Assembly (NCBI GenBank): GCA_947494155.1
Contig: CANLTW010000001.1
Span: 84,231-148,230, forward strand
Direction: 5' to 3'
DNA: 64,000 nt
Origin: Chlamydiota bacterium
Lineage (GTDB): Bacteria; Chlamydiota; Chlamydiia; Chlamydiales; RGXB01
Shown here: positions 34,489 through 45,152 of the stretch, piece by piece
Layout of the letters: each line of letters starts with the position of its first letter
Position numbering within the stretch: position 1 is the first letter of the stretch
Program-made: the position numbers and the translations under genes
Notes under the pieces: model-generated
The model's database searches: none
What the model was told of the DNA's origin: nothing
Seen by the model: only the letters and a program-made list of their open reading frames with translations

Positions 34489-37278
34489 ATGAAACGAGGG
34501 CTCTTTTTGGGTGCGGTTGTGTCACATTTAGCCTTGTTTTCACAAGGAATTTCTACAGATTCTCTCGACAAAGAAGAAGCATTCATGGTCAGAAGGATCA
34601 CAGAATTCTGGAAAGACCAGGATTTTGCCCTAGTGGAGAGACAAATATTTGTTTTTTTAGAAAAGTATCCCGATTCGACTCTTAAAGATTATCTCAAAGG
34701 AATTTTGGGGGATATTTATCTTAAAGATCGAAACTTTGAAAAAGCGATTGACACCTACTTATCGATTCAAGACTCTGACGTCGAAGAGAAGGTTCTAGTG
34801 AATGCATTACAAGCGATGTACGAGCTTAGCCGTTACAACGACTTGTATATGACAGGCGGCAAGTATTTAGCCCATCCGGAGATTTTTGAAGATCGCAAAG
34901 AGGAATTTCTTTTCCTTGTTGCCGAGGGTTTTTTTCGCAGCTCGCTAGATCAAGAGGAGGCTAGTGCACTCCCCCTTTTACAAGAGGCTAAAAAACTCTA
35001 TGAAAAACTGGTCAAAACAAGTTACGGTGATCCTGCTCAATTTGCTTTAGCTGAAATCTACAAAAAGACGAATGAGCCCCAAAAATCGGCAGAACTTTTT
35101 AAAAAGCTTGCCTCTAAGTATAAGGATAAAAAAGAGGAGCTCCTCTTTCATGCAGGTCTCGCTGAATCCTCTTACAATCCTAAAGGGGCGATCGATACGT
35201 TTAGCGAAGTGGTCGAAATGCGCGGAAGCAGACTCTTTACCAGCGCGTTTAATCGTCTTGTACTCATGTTTCAACTAGAAGCTTATGATTCTGTTATCGA
35301 CTCCATCGATGTTGTTTTAGCCAACGCTGATCAACAAAGCCTGCCCGTTGTCCTCTATATGTACTCACGCTCTTTATTTGGGGCAAAAATGTATGATAAA
35401 GCACTTGAAATTCTTGATAAGCTTGAGGCGAGAAGCGCTTTAGACGAAGCCCAAAAGAAAAATCTCTACCTGATTGAGCTTGGATCGAGCCAGCAGCTTA
35501 AAGCCCTTGAGCGGTACGAAAAAGCGCTTAAAAAGTTTGAGTCGGCCTTTCCTCAAGATAAAGAGATCCCTAAAGCAATTTTTATCCACGCACTACTTTT
35601 GAAAGAGCAGCTTAAAACACAAGAGGCGCAGTGTCAGCTGGAAAAAATCCTAAAACAATTCAGTGATTTTGAGAGTGCCGATTCGCTTTTGCTCGAATAT
35701 GGGCTTGTAACTTACGACAATGAGCAGTATGAGCTTTCCCGTACGAGTTTGAAAAGTTTTATCGACACCTTCCCCTCTTCAGATCAGATCCATCTCGCCT
35801 GGCGTTATTACCTCTCGGGAACACTACAGCTTTACGATCTGATCCAAAGAGAAGAGCACACCGTAGAGGAATTCTCAAAAATTCAATTCTTTAGTGATTT
35901 GAGTTGGGTGTTGTCTAATGCCAAGGGGTTGTCTGATAAAGAGATTCAAGAGAGCCGATTCTTGCAGGCAAAAGTCGGTTTTGATTTAGGGTATACACAG
36001 GAATCCTTGCAAAAGCTTGTGACCTATATCCAAGACTACTCCAAACATAGCTCTATCTCGGATGCCCACCTCCTTGTTGCTCTCTGCTATGACCGTATGC
36101 GCACCAACTACGAGAACTTTATTGAACATGCCGATAAATCGATCCAGTTAGCGCAGAAACAAGATCACCTCAGCTCGATGCACATCCAAATCTTTAATGC
36201 CCTACTTCGCTATAAAGAATCTTTAGAATCTCACCCTAATTTAACACAATTGCAATCTAAACGGCTTAAAGAGATCCAAGAAAAAGCATCCCAACACCTC
36301 TATGCGGCATTCATTCGTGAGGACCTCGATATCCGAAAAGAGAATCTTTTATGGTTATCGAATATTTTCTATGACCAATCTCCGCTACACTTAAGTGTTT
36401 ATGAGAGGGTAGAAGGGGCAGAATCTCCCCTTCCCGACAACTTATCCAAGGCCAAAAAAATCCTACAAAGAATTTTGGTGTCGGGCAAAGAGACCTTCCT
36501 TAATCAGATCCAGAGTGCTCCAACTCTTGAGTGGGATATGATGCGACTTGTACGTATTGCCCATAAAGAGGGGAATTTGCGCCAAAAACAATCCTACCTA
36601 GAGATCCTTACGGAGTCCTATAGAAAGTGTGCCCATACATGGAGCCAAAGGCAAGAGGCTCTTATCGAACTCTCCAAAATTTATGAGGTGCAAGGGAATA
36701 AAAAAATGGCTCTGGAAACTCTTAAAGAGGCCGTAGCTGTCTCGGGGTCCCACAGAACAATGGGTTCAGAGTATGCGCGCATCCATAAAATACGCCTTGA
36801 GTGTGAGGATTTCGAAAATTTTAATCAGGCACAAATTGAGGAAAAGATCAACTACCTGAAAGGATTGCAAATCCAAAAAGATGTGGGATCAGAGCCTCTG
36901 CACCTTGAAGCAAGCCTTGTCTATGCTGAAGCAAGAACCTATCTATCTGATGAGCTCGAAAAAGACTCCAAGCACCTCTTCTTTTTGAACCGGGTGAAGG
37001 AGGATTATAATAATCCTAAAGATCCCCAAATAGTCGCTTACAAATCGAGTCTGAATCAGAATCCAAAGCTTAAAGGGCTGTACGAAGAGTATATGCAGGT
37101 GTTGGATGCAGAGATGCTCCTTGCGAAATTCCGTCTAGAATCGGCAAATGGGGATTCCAGGGATGCTAATGTCTACAAGCTCGAGGGGTTAAAACTCCTC
37201 TCAAAATTGAAAAAAGAGCCCTTAGTCTCCCACTATGTGAAAGTAAAAGTAGATGATCTTGAGAATCTTTTCGAATAG
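34489..37278 (+). CDS. Large secreted TPR-repeat protein
   Basis: 929 aa. Signal-like N-terminus MKRGLFLGAVVSHLALFSQG and TPR-like helical repeats throughout. Confidence 0.6.
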   Translation: MKRGLFLGAVVSHLALFSQGISTDSLDKEEAFMVRRITEFWKDQDFALVERQIFVFLEKYPDSTLKDYLKGILGDIYLKDRNFEKAIDTYLSIQDSDVEEKVLVNALQAMYELSRYNDLYMTGGKYLAHPEIFEDRKEEFLFLVAEGFFRSSLDQEEASALPLLQEAKKLYEKLVKTSYGDPAQFALAEIYKKTNEPQKSAELFKKLASKYKDKKEELLFHAGLAESSYNPKGAIDTFSEVVEMRGSRLFTSAFNRLVLMFQLEAYDSVIDSIDVVLANADQQSLPVVLYMYSRSLFGAKMYDKALEILDKLEARSALDEAQKKNLYLIELGSSQQLKALERYEKALKKFESAFPQDKEIPKAIFIHALLLKEQLKTQEAQCQLEKILKQFSDFESADSLLLEYGLVTYDNEQYELSRTSLKSFIDTFPSSDQIHLAWRYYLSGTLQLYDLIQREEHTVEEFSKIQFFSDLSWVLSNAKGLSDKEIQESRFLQAKVGFDLGYTQESLQKLVTYIQDYSKHSSISDAHLLVALCYDRMRTNYENFIEHADKSIQLAQKQDHLSSMHIQIFNALLRYKESLESHPNLTQLQSKRLKEIQEKASQHLYAAFIREDLDIRKENLLWLSNIFYDQSPLHLSVYERVEGAESPLPDNLSKAKKILQRILVSGKETFLNQIQSAPTLEWDMMRLVRIAHKEGNLRQKQSYLEILTESYRKCAHTWSQRQEALIELSKIYEVQGNKKMALETLKEAVAVSGSHRTMGSEYARIHKIRLECEDFENFNQAQIEEKINYLKGLQIQKDVGSEPLHLEASLVYAEARTYLSDELEKDSKHLFFLNRVKEDYNNPKDPQIVAYKSSLNQNPKLKGLYEEYMQVLDAEMLLAKFRLESANGDSRDANVYKLEGLKLLSKLKKEPLVSHYVKVKVDDLENLFE

Positions 37279-37305
37279 GTAGGGCTAAGGTTTAAAACTG
37301 TGCGT

Positions 37306-40300
37306 ATGACAAAAAAACCCTTTTTCACACTCTTTTGGATGAGTTCAGCACTTTTAGCTGCCTCGACAGATATGTCACCCCTTTTGTTAGAGGGGCCAAG
37401 GGTGGAGCCCGCTTTTGAGCCGACAGAATATTACACCCCCAAATTTGAGAAAACCCGTCATACGAATCTTTTAGATAAACTTCCTGAAAAAGGGGAAATT
37501 CCCCTGGACGGAACCTCTTTAAAGAGAGAGGAGGTTTCTCGTGGAGATTGGAGTGTTACCTTCCATTCAAAACTCCTTTTTGAGGATACACACCTGCTCT
37601 CCAAAAAAAGGCACCCTTTTTTCTCCTCAAAAAAATTTGTCCCTTTCCAAATGCAAAAATCGGGGTATATTTCTCTTCATCCTCACCTTCTTTTCATTGA
37701 TAAACGCTATTCATCCTCCCATTTTTGTAAGCTCGACCCTTTTGTTGTTTCTCAAGCCGATATCCCCATAGAAAAAGAGACTGTGTTCATTTATGAGAAT
37801 TTTTCCCCTCTGGTGGAAGAGGAATTGAATGACCTCTTTATACTGGAATCTGACTATAAATCAGAAAACCATTCTTTGAAAAAAATCTCTCTTTCTCTTA
37901 AACATCTTGAGAAAAAAAATTCCCTGATCGAAGAATCAAACACCCCTTGTCACGCTATTATCAAGGGGAAAATCTTACCTCTCCCTTTACTTCCCGTCCA
38001 TTTAGCCAAAGAAACCATTTTGCCATTAGGCAAAGAGGTCTGTCACCCAAAAGGTTTTGTTCTTGAAGAGGAATTAAGCCAAAAACACAAACAAATTTCC
38101 TTTAGGATTGCTAAAAATTTTAAAGTGCATTTTAGTCTTGAATTGAACCTAAAAGACCTAAAGGATACCCCTTTACCACTTTTAGAAGAATATTACAGCT
38201 ACCTTGATGCGAGTGTCGATTCTGATGAGCCTCTTTTTATCGGAGATGAGGGGGAATACCCCTATTATGCTTTCATCGAACAGCCCCAAATAGCTGAAAA
38301 CTCTAGCACCGCGATAAAGCACACCAATTTTTTTGAAACGGAACAGGAAAATCCACCCCAAGAGATCTCTACACTGGAGCCGATCAGAGAAAATTCCTTA
38401 AATGCCTCTTTAATAATAGAGGAGACCGAGCCAAAAAGTATTCAGAACGAGGATCTTGAGCCGGTAACCACTCAATTAGTCTCCAAAATCTCACCTATTA
38501 ACCCACCTAATCTCCCCGTAAATCCCGTTGATGGGATCTGTAGTACGCCACATGGAATACAAGGGAATAACAAAGCCTCGGTCGAGTCCTCTTTAGAGGA
38601 TCATCCGTTTTCCCTTTTGGAAATCCCCCATCTTTTGCTCTACATGATAGCGAATAATACCGCCTCTAACGAGAATTCCTTTTTTCCACAAACCGACAAA
38701 GGGGAAACGATCTTTTTCTTTAGATATCTTGAACCGAGCGATAAAACGCTTTTTCGATGGACAAATTTCACATACCCGTTCCCGCTTAACCCTATTTTCC
38801 AACCGATCCATCTTTTTTGTGAGTACGTAGCAGATCTTTTTCATCCCTTCGAGGAGAAGCTAAACCGACTGTTTGACTATTTTGCTACAAAATACCCTCT
38901 CGAAAAAAGTCAATCGTTCTCACTATCGACAAAATCTTCACCAATCGATATGCATGGTCTTTCCAACACTTTGGAAAAATCGAGGCTATTTTCGACACCA
39001 CTTCTATCTCTACCGTTGCCTAAGGTTGTGAGAAATTTTTGTCATGATTTCATTACCCAACCTCTAGTGGTCCTTCCCACTATACCTGAATTACACGATG
39101 AAAATGTGGTTTCAAACGAACCGCTTGAATTAGCTGATAAGCTCGAGAGTAATACACCTCTGATCTCCTCAAAGTTTGTCGTTTTTCATCACCCCCTTGG
39201 CCTCTCAACTACAGACCTGAACAGCGCCGAAAACAAGCTGCTTTTACCACAAAAAACTACAGGACTGGAGACAAAAATTGCTTCAGGAATCCCTTTTTAT
39301 AAGGAGCTGCCACCCCAACAGTCGCAACAAGAGATCCAAACCCTGTATTTGCCGCATAAGATCGATGAGGAAAAAAACCATCTAAAAGTGCTCTACTCGT
39401 CAGGGGTATTTTTGACTCATGTCAATATTTTGCACCCCGGATTTATCAAAATATCCACGCAAAAAGAGGCCCTGCTTGAGCTATTTGACGCCAAAACCGA
39501 GACCCTTATAGCAGATAAAGACCGTCTTGATTTACTCCCCGGGCAGAAATTTCGCACCTCCATCAGCCTTGAACACAAAAAAATGGTTTCGTTTGAGCCT
39601 GTTGCTAACGATTATGTAGAAAAAATCTCTATAGAGAAGATTGAAATAGCCGTACTGGATTCACCGCAGAGGAAAATTCTCAAGCATTTCTTGCAAAGTG
39701 AGATCTCTTTAAAAGAGATCCCTTTAACTTCTAAATCCTTGGCAATGATCACCGGAGCAAGAATGCTTAATGAGCAGACAAGAAAGTTCTTTGCCTCTGT
39801 AGACTGTTTTCGAAATCTCCCCTACTTGGCGGAAGATGTAACAGAGCAGTTTTTCACAAAGGCCACAAGCGCCGCCCTCTCTTCAAAAGAGGGTTATGGG
39901 GTGGAGATCGAACTAGAACTTTCTGAGACAGCCAGACCCTCAATTTTAGACCAGGAAATTCTTTTTGTCCTTGATGGCTCCAAAAATACCCCGGTTGAAC
40001 ATTTTGCCATTTACAAGCAGGCGATCCTAAGGAGCTTAAAAAGCTTAAATACCGATACACGATTCAACATCCTTGTAGTCGCAAAAACAGTGGAAAAACT
40101 CTTCGATTCTTCTGTTAGCGCAAGTCTCGATAAGCAAATACTTGCAAAAAGATTTTTAGAAAAAGTCGAATCTTATCAAGGGTCTGAAACGGGGCTGCTG
40201 CTAAAGACCTGTGCAACCCTTGTCCCCTCTGAAGATGACAACACCCTCACAACCGTTGCCCTCATGGCCGACTCAGTGAAGCCGCAAAAACAGCTTGTGT

Positions 40301-40839
40301 ATCTGCAGGAGACTAAAAAAATTGTGGAAAAAAACCAGGGGAATTTCCAGCTTCTAACCTTCTCGCTTACCTCTAAAGATCACCAAGATCTCCAATTTAT
40401 CTCGATGATCGGGAGCGGAAAAAACCATATAATCACCTCTTCAACCTCTTTTGTGAGAAAATTCTGCTCGATGATTCGCAAAATCAAATATCCTTTCCTT
40501 GCAAATCTCTCTATAACACCCTTAAGTGAGGGTGTAGAAATTCTCCCCCATAGTCAACTTATTGGCCCCATTTTCTTAAATCAACCACTGAAATTCTATG
40601 CGGTCTGTGAAAAAAATACCCCGTTCTTCCTTCTGATCCAATCCATGTGCGACGGAAAAATCGTACGCATCCTTAAAGAAATCAAACCCATAAGCAACGA
40701 AAGTATTCGCTCAAAAATGAAGGCAGAAATTCAGCTCAAACGGGCAGCTGACGCTTTCAGAGACTATGTCAAAAAAGAGAACCGTGCGAATCTTGAGGAA
40801 ACCAATAAGCGCCTAGAACTTTTTGATATCCAGCTCTAA
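37306..40839 (+). CDS. Very large secreted protein with C-terminal vWA-like domain (degenerate MIDAS)
   Basis: ATG at 37306 (the track opens at GTG 37300). Signal-like FFTLFWMSSALLAAS. vWA-like motifs ILFVLDGSKNTP, FNILVVA and ALMADS. Confidence 0.55.
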   Translation: MTKKPFFTLFWMSSALLAASTDMSPLLLEGPRVEPAFEPTEYYTPKFEKTRHTNLLDKLPEKGEIPLDGTSLKREEVSRGDWSVTFHSKLLFEDTHLLSKKRHPFFSSKKFVPFQMQKSGYISLHPHLLFIDKRYSSSHFCKLDPFVVSQADIPIEKETVFIYENFSPLVEEELNDLFILESDYKSENHSLKKISLSLKHLEKKNSLIEESNTPCHAIIKGKILPLPLLPVHLAKETILPLGKEVCHPKGFVLEEELSQKHKQISFRIAKNFKVHFSLELNLKDLKDTPLPLLEEYYSYLDASVDSDEPLFIGDEGEYPYYAFIEQPQIAENSSTAIKHTNFFETEQENPPQEISTLEPIRENSLNASLIIEETEPKSIQNEDLEPVTTQLVSKISPINPPNLPVNPVDGICSTPHGIQGNNKASVESSLEDHPFSLLEIPHLLLYMIANNTASNENSFFPQTDKGETIFFFRYLEPSDKTLFRWTNFTYPFPLNPIFQPIHLFCEYVADLFHPFEEKLNRLFDYFATKYPLEKSQSFSLSTKSSPIDMHGLSNTLEKSRLFSTPLLSLPLPKVVRNFCHDFITQPLVVLPTIPELHDENVVSNEPLELADKLESNTPLISSKFVVFHHPLGLSTTDLNSAENKLLLPQKTTGLETKIASGIPFYKELPPQQSQQEIQTLYLPHKIDEEKNHLKVLYSSGVFLTHVNILHPGFIKISTQKEALLELFDAKTETLIADKDRLDLLPGQKFRTSISLEHKKMVSFEPVANDYVEKISIEKIEIAVLDSPQRKILKHFLQSEISLKEIPLTSKSLAMITGARMLNEQTRKFFASVDCFRNLPYLAEDVTEQFFTKATSAALSSKEGYGVEIELELSETARPSILDQEILFVLDGSKNTPVEHFAIYKQAILRSLKSLNTDTRFNILVVAKTVEKLFDSSVSASLDKQILAKRFLEKVESYQGSETGLLLKTCATLVPSEDDNTLTTVALMADSVKPQKQLVYLQETKKIVEKNQGNFQLLTFSLTSKDHQDLQFISMIGSGKNHIITSSTSFVRKFCSMIRKIKYPFLANLSITPLSEGVEILPHSQLIGPIFLNQPLKFYAVCEKNTPFFLLIQSMCDGKIVRILKEIKPISNESIRSKMKAEIQLKRAADAFRDYVKKENRANLEETNKRLELFDIQL

Positions 40840-40928
40840 CCGATCTCTATTTATTTCCCCCTTTTTTCGATTTTTTTAGATAACAACAGAAAAAAAGGGT
40901 AGAATTTTTATGACCATGTTGAGCGTTT

Positions 40929-41459
40929 ATGTACATTCTTGCCGGAACTAAAAAAGGGATGCGTCTTAACGTCCCGAAAGAGGGGACAAGGCCCACAACT
41001 AATAAAATAAAAAAATCGCTATTTGATTCCATACAGTATTTAATCGAAGGGGCTTGTGTACTAGACCTATTCGCTGGAAGCGGAAGCCTGGGACTTGAGG
41101 CCTTATCGAGAGGCGCTCAAACGGCTACGTTTGTGGAAAAAGATGCAGTTGCTATCGAATGCATCAAAAAAAATGTGGAAACCCTTGGTTTTTCTTCACA
41201 AACCACCCTTATCCCCTACCCTGTCGATCGTTCTATCTCTCACCTAAAAGAGTACGATCTGATTTTTGTCGACCCCCCATACGATTTAGACATCAAAAAT
41301 TTGGTGGAGGAGGTACGATCGCATCTCAAAGAGGGGGGCCTAATGATCGTAGAACAGTCTAAAAGGACAAAATTTCTGGAAGATCTGCCGTTTAACAGGA
41401 AAAAAGAGTATGGAGATACTGTGAACTACTTTTTTGAAAAAATAGCGAGAAACAGCTAA
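40929..41459 (+). CDS. rsmD: 16S rRNA (guanine966-N2)-methyltransferase RsmD
   Basis: 176 aa. SAM motif VLDLFAGSGSLGLEALSRGA and FVDPPY. Confidence 0.85.
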   Translation: MYILAGTKKGMRLNVPKEGTRPTTNKIKKSLFDSIQYLIEGACVLDLFAGSGSLGLEALSRGAQTATFVEKDAVAIECIKKNVETLGFSSQTTLIPYPVDRSISHLKEYDLIFVDPPYDLDIKNLVEEVRSHLKEGGLMIVEQSKRTKFLEDLPFNRKKEYGDTVNYFFEKIARNS

Positions 41460-42547
41460 GAAAGGGCCTTTTGGTCTGTCTGTACAGTTTGAGGTCTCAG
41501 CATCACCAAACTTCCGGCTATTGATAGCACCATCCCGTAAAAAATCGCCACATTAGGTTCAAATAGCTCGGTTAGCAAACCACCAAGCAAGGGCATCACC
41601 AAGCCTCGCAATCCCACCATGAAAACATTCACCATCGTATAGCGACTGCTATCCCCCTCCTGGGAAAAATAGGGGCCCGAAAGGTTCCACAATAAATGGC
41701 TCCCTGCCTGCGCTATACCGTATACGAAATAGGCTCCAAAAAGAAATAGGACTCCCCATTTAAGAAAAAAAAGCAACCCTAGAAAAAAAGTGACAAAGAT
41801 AAAGACTACACCCGATAAAAGTTCGTACCGGTACTTTTTCATAAAAAAGCCCCACAGTGGTGTCGCTAGAATCATCCCCACCTCTTTTATAGCGCAATTA
41901 GAGGTGAATAGGGTGGTAAACTTAAACCCTAAGTTGGTCAATAAAACAGCAATCGCGGGCATAGCCAGCATCAGCCCACCCCCGCAGAGAAAATATCCCA
42001 GCTGAAAACGGACAAACTGCCGATTATTTTTTAATAGATCCCAGCCTGTACGAATCGGCTCTAAAAAAGTGAATCTCTTTTTACTCCCCTCTTCCGTCCT
42101 TTCTAATGGGTTAATCTCTAGCCTGCTTTGGAAGATAAGCCCCACTAACCCTATCAGTGCATAGGCAGGAAATAAATAAATCCAACCCGATGCCATGTTT
42201 TCCACTATCCACCCTGTAAAAAAAGCAAGCCCTATCCCCTCTATGTATCCGGCTGTAGAAGCAAAAGAAAAACTTGACTCGCGACTCTTTTTGTCCAAAT
42301 TACGGCGAATGATCTCTATAAGTGCCGGCGCCTCTGCTCTGTAAAAAAGGGTGAAAATTGCAGAGCTAAAAATTAAATACCCTATGTTAGGAAAAAGGGG
42401 GACAAAAAGAAAAGGGGTAAGAGACAAAGCATGGGCGCACATGAGATTAAAACGGAGAGATTTTGGATCCTCATGAATGAATGTTCCCCAGTAAAAAGAT
42501 AAGAAACTGATCAGGGGGCGCAACATCATCAGGACCGAAATCTGCAT
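41456..42547 (-). CDS. MFS-type transporter (N-terminus probably extends upstream, see findings)
   Basis: I count eleven hydrophobic helices around a central loop, 5 before and 6 after. The in-frame upstream sequence appears to encode the missing TM1. Confidence 0.65.
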   Translation of the reverse strand: MQISVLMMLRPLISFLSFYWGTFIHEDPKSLRFNLMCAHALSLTPFLFVPLFPNIGYLIFSSAIFTLFYRAEAPALIEIIRRNLDKKSRESSFSFASTAGYIEGIGLAFFTGWIVENMASGWIYLFPAYALIGLVGLIFQSRLEINPLERTEEGSKKRFTFLEPIRTGWDLLKNNRQFVRFQLGYFLCGGGLMLAMPAIAVLLTNLGFKFTTLFTSNCAIKEVGMILATPLWGFFMKKYRYELLSGVVFIFVTFFLGLLFFLKWGVLFLFGAYFVYGIAQAGSHLLWNLSGPYFSQEGDSSRYTMVNVFMVGLRGLVMPLLGGLLTELFEPNVAIFYGMVLSIAGSLVMLRPQTVQTDQKALS

Positions 42548-42668
42548 CGCAGAGGCCTTAAGATAATTACATAAAATGAGCCCTAAAACCGAGTGGATCG
42601 ATAAAAAGGGCTCTATAAGTAGGCAGTGGTAAAGGAGGGTCTTTTTAGTTTGTCGAGCGACCTCCTCT

Positions 42669-45083
42669 TTAAAGAGCGTGCTCAGTCACTTTCCCCTTTT
42701 CATCTACTGTTTTTTTAAGCACTAAGACATCGTTATCGAAGCGCTGCTCCAAACGGAGCTTCCCTTCATTGGTGTATTTATTGAAAAATCCCGATTTTTT
42801 TCCTTTGTCATACTCCCCCTCAAAGATTTTGATCCCCTCTTCAGAGTAGCTGACGCTGACCCCGTCAAGAATCCCCTCTTTGTAAAAACAGCGGTTATAC
42901 AAAGTGCCTGTTGGGTAGAACTCCTCGTGCGTCCCTTCAAGCTGATCGCATTTATAGTAGGATTTTTTCGCGATAATCCCCGACGGGAAGTATTGGACTA
43001 GCCGCCCCTCTTTTTTATCATTAGCATACTCCACAGTCATCAATACCTTCCCATGTTCCCCATACAAAGCGCTTAACCCCTCTTTTTTCCCCGCTTTATA
43101 GGTTGTCATGGCCACAAGATCTCCGTAGACATTGTATTCGCGCAACTCTCCATCAATCTTGGAATTTTTAAAAGTGCCCTCAACTGCACGCATTTTGATA
43201 CCGTCCGGGGCATCTTTATGGTACACAAGATAGGGACCCTCTTTTTTATTTTCCACGTAGTGTAAAACGGTCTCTCTTCCCTCAGCATCTACAGAAAGAT
43301 ACGGACCATGCAGTTTCCCGTTTTCAAACCAGGCCTCCTCTATCTTACGCCCTTCAGCATCAAAAAGAACCTTCAGCCCCTGTAAAACACCTGCGTCATA
43401 GTTGATAACACTAGCCATGATTCCATTCGGATGATAGGTTCTCTGTTCCCCATGGTAGACCCCCTCGGAATCAAAACGGACAAGTCTGTGGACAAGAGGT
43501 TCTGCATTAAGGTCCACTTTTTCATAAAATTCTTTGTGCTCCCCAATCGGTTTGCCCTCCAAGAATTCTCTTTGAAACTTTACAGAACCATCCTGATAGA
43601 AACCTTTGAAAGTACCCTCATTTTTCCCCTCTTTGTAAAACCCGATTACGGAGGGTTTGCCATTCGGGTAAAACTCTTTATACTCTCCCACCAACTTATC
43701 CTCAGAGTAGACTACATCCATAAGCACCTGCCCGTTGTCAGCATACTGCTTGCAATTGCCACTCTTTTTCCCCTCAATATAGGTGATGTCCTGTTTTAGC
43801 TTTCCCCCCTCAAACCAACAGAGCCAGCGCCCGTGCGGCACGTCAGCTTTAAATTCGATATCGGCAATCTTATCCCCTTTCTCATTGAATTCGACATGAC
43901 GCCCCTCTTTTTTCCCCTCATGGAAAAATCCTTGCGTATGGAGCTTCCCATTTTCAAAAAAGGTCTTAAGCTCAGCATCGGGTTTTCCGTATTTGTAGGA
44001 TCCAACGATGCGCAAATTCCCGTTAGGGTACCAGGACTCGTACGGGCCATCGAACATATTTTGTGAGCGGCGAAATTTCCCAATGAGCTGCCCCTTGTCG
44101 GTATATTCATGGATAAAGCCCACAATAACTCCGTTATCATCGTAATCGGCAACAAAAGCTATTTGCCCATTTTCATGTTTGAGATAGTGGTGACCATAGG
44201 GTACCCCCTCTCTAAACTGCGCCTCTCCAATCACCTTCCCATCAGAAGAGCGGGTCGTAATTTGCCCATCGATTTTCCCCTCTTTGAAGAAAATCCTTTG
44301 TCGCTCTTTCCCATTAGTATGGTATTGAATATGAAAATTGGTTGGGACCCCCTTTTGGAACTCCTGTATCTCCTTGATCCCTTTTTGCTCATGATAGATC
44401 ACAACCGCCGGATTAGAGGCATCATTTTCTAAAAGATCCTCTGCATAGTGCAAAACGGCAGCCATCACCCCATTTTCGTACCACGAGGTCTCTTTCCCCT
44501 CTTTTTTTCCACTCTTCCATTGAATTGTTTTTGCTTTTCGTCCAGAAGGGTAGTACTGGATTGTCTCCCCCTCCTTTTTTCCTAAGACGAAATTGGATTC
44601 ATCCAGCTTCGAACCATCTTCGAAGTATTGGGTAAAAGGCCCCTCTTCAAAACCATTTTTATACTCCCCCTCGAGTCTCACAGATCCGTTTGGAAATAGA
44701 ACGCGCATTTTCCCATGTGCTTTTCCAAGTTCGTAGTGCATTATTGAATGAAGGTGCCCCTCTCTATCGACTTGGACTTTGACTCCATGATAAACCGGTT
44801 TATGGTCAATCTCGGTTAAATCGGCCTCTTCACAGATTTGCCCATTTTCGAAGTAACTAATCTCTTTAACGGCGATATCATCCTCAAAAAAACGGATTTT
44901 TGCGATCTGACCGCTAGGATGAGTAGCAAGAATAGTGTTCGTCCATTCAGGGTGTCGAGGTTTAAGAAGTATCTGCTCTTGACGCGGCTTTTGGGACTGA
45001 CCCAAAGTTTTGGGGGGCAAAGCGTGCATAACACCTGTGGTAAATGCTAAGTGCAAAATGAAAGCCCAAGAAAATCTGTCCAT
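42669..45083 (-). CDS. Secreted MORN-variant (YwqK-like) repeat protein
   Basis: There are dozens of repeat units of about 23 aa (for example YYPSGRKAKTIQWKSGKKEGKETSWYENG). ATG at 45083 gives the signal peptide MDRFSWAFILHLAFTTGVMHA and has GAGG upstream. The track opens at TTG 45146. Confidence 0.75.
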   Translation of the reverse strand: MDRFSWAFILHLAFTTGVMHALPPKTLGQSQKPRQEQILLKPRHPEWTNTILATHPSGQIAKIRFFEDDIAVKEISYFENGQICEEADLTEIDHKPVYHGVKVQVDREGHLHSIMHYELGKAHGKMRVLFPNGSVRLEGEYKNGFEEGPFTQYFEDGSKLDESNFVLGKKEGETIQYYPSGRKAKTIQWKSGKKEGKETSWYENGVMAAVLHYAEDLLENDASNPAVVIYHEQKGIKEIQEFQKGVPTNFHIQYHTNGKERQRIFFKEGKIDGQITTRSSDGKVIGEAQFREGVPYGHHYLKHENGQIAFVADYDDNGVIVGFIHEYTDKGQLIGKFRRSQNMFDGPYESWYPNGNLRIVGSYKYGKPDAELKTFFENGKLHTQGFFHEGKKEGRHVEFNEKGDKIADIEFKADVPHGRWLCWFEGGKLKQDITYIEGKKSGNCKQYADNGQVLMDVVYSEDKLVGEYKEFYPNGKPSVIGFYKEGKNEGTFKGFYQDGSVKFQREFLEGKPIGEHKEFYEKVDLNAEPLVHRLVRFDSEGVYHGEQRTYHPNGIMASVINYDAGVLQGLKVLFDAEGRKIEEAWFENGKLHGPYLSVDAEGRETVLHYVENKKEGPYLVYHKDAPDGIKMRAVEGTFKNSKIDGELREYNVYGDLVAMTTYKAGKKEGLSALYGEHGKVLMTVEYANDKKEGRLVQYFPSGIIAKKSYYKCDQLEGTHEEFYPTGTLYNRCFYKEGILDGVSVSYSEEGIKIFEGEYDKGKKSGFFNKYTNEGKLRLEQRFDNDVLVLKKTVDEKGKVTEHAL

Positions 45084-45152
45084 GACGCCTCGAATCTTTG
45101 GTAAAATTGATCCGTTATTGTAATGAAGTGTCTGTTTTTGGCGCAATAGCTG

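Noticed and set aside
45084-45146. N-terminal extensions in the ORF track that begin at TTG or GTG (45146 MORN protein, 26361 tatD, 16889 dnaB, 10510, 37300, 61743 rpoD copy 1, 123).
   Set aside because: In each case a downstream ATG gives a canonical N-terminus (signal peptide, MIDTHCHL, MSKPS and so on) and often a better Shine-Dalgarno. The extensions also overlap neighbouring genes or regulatory sequence.
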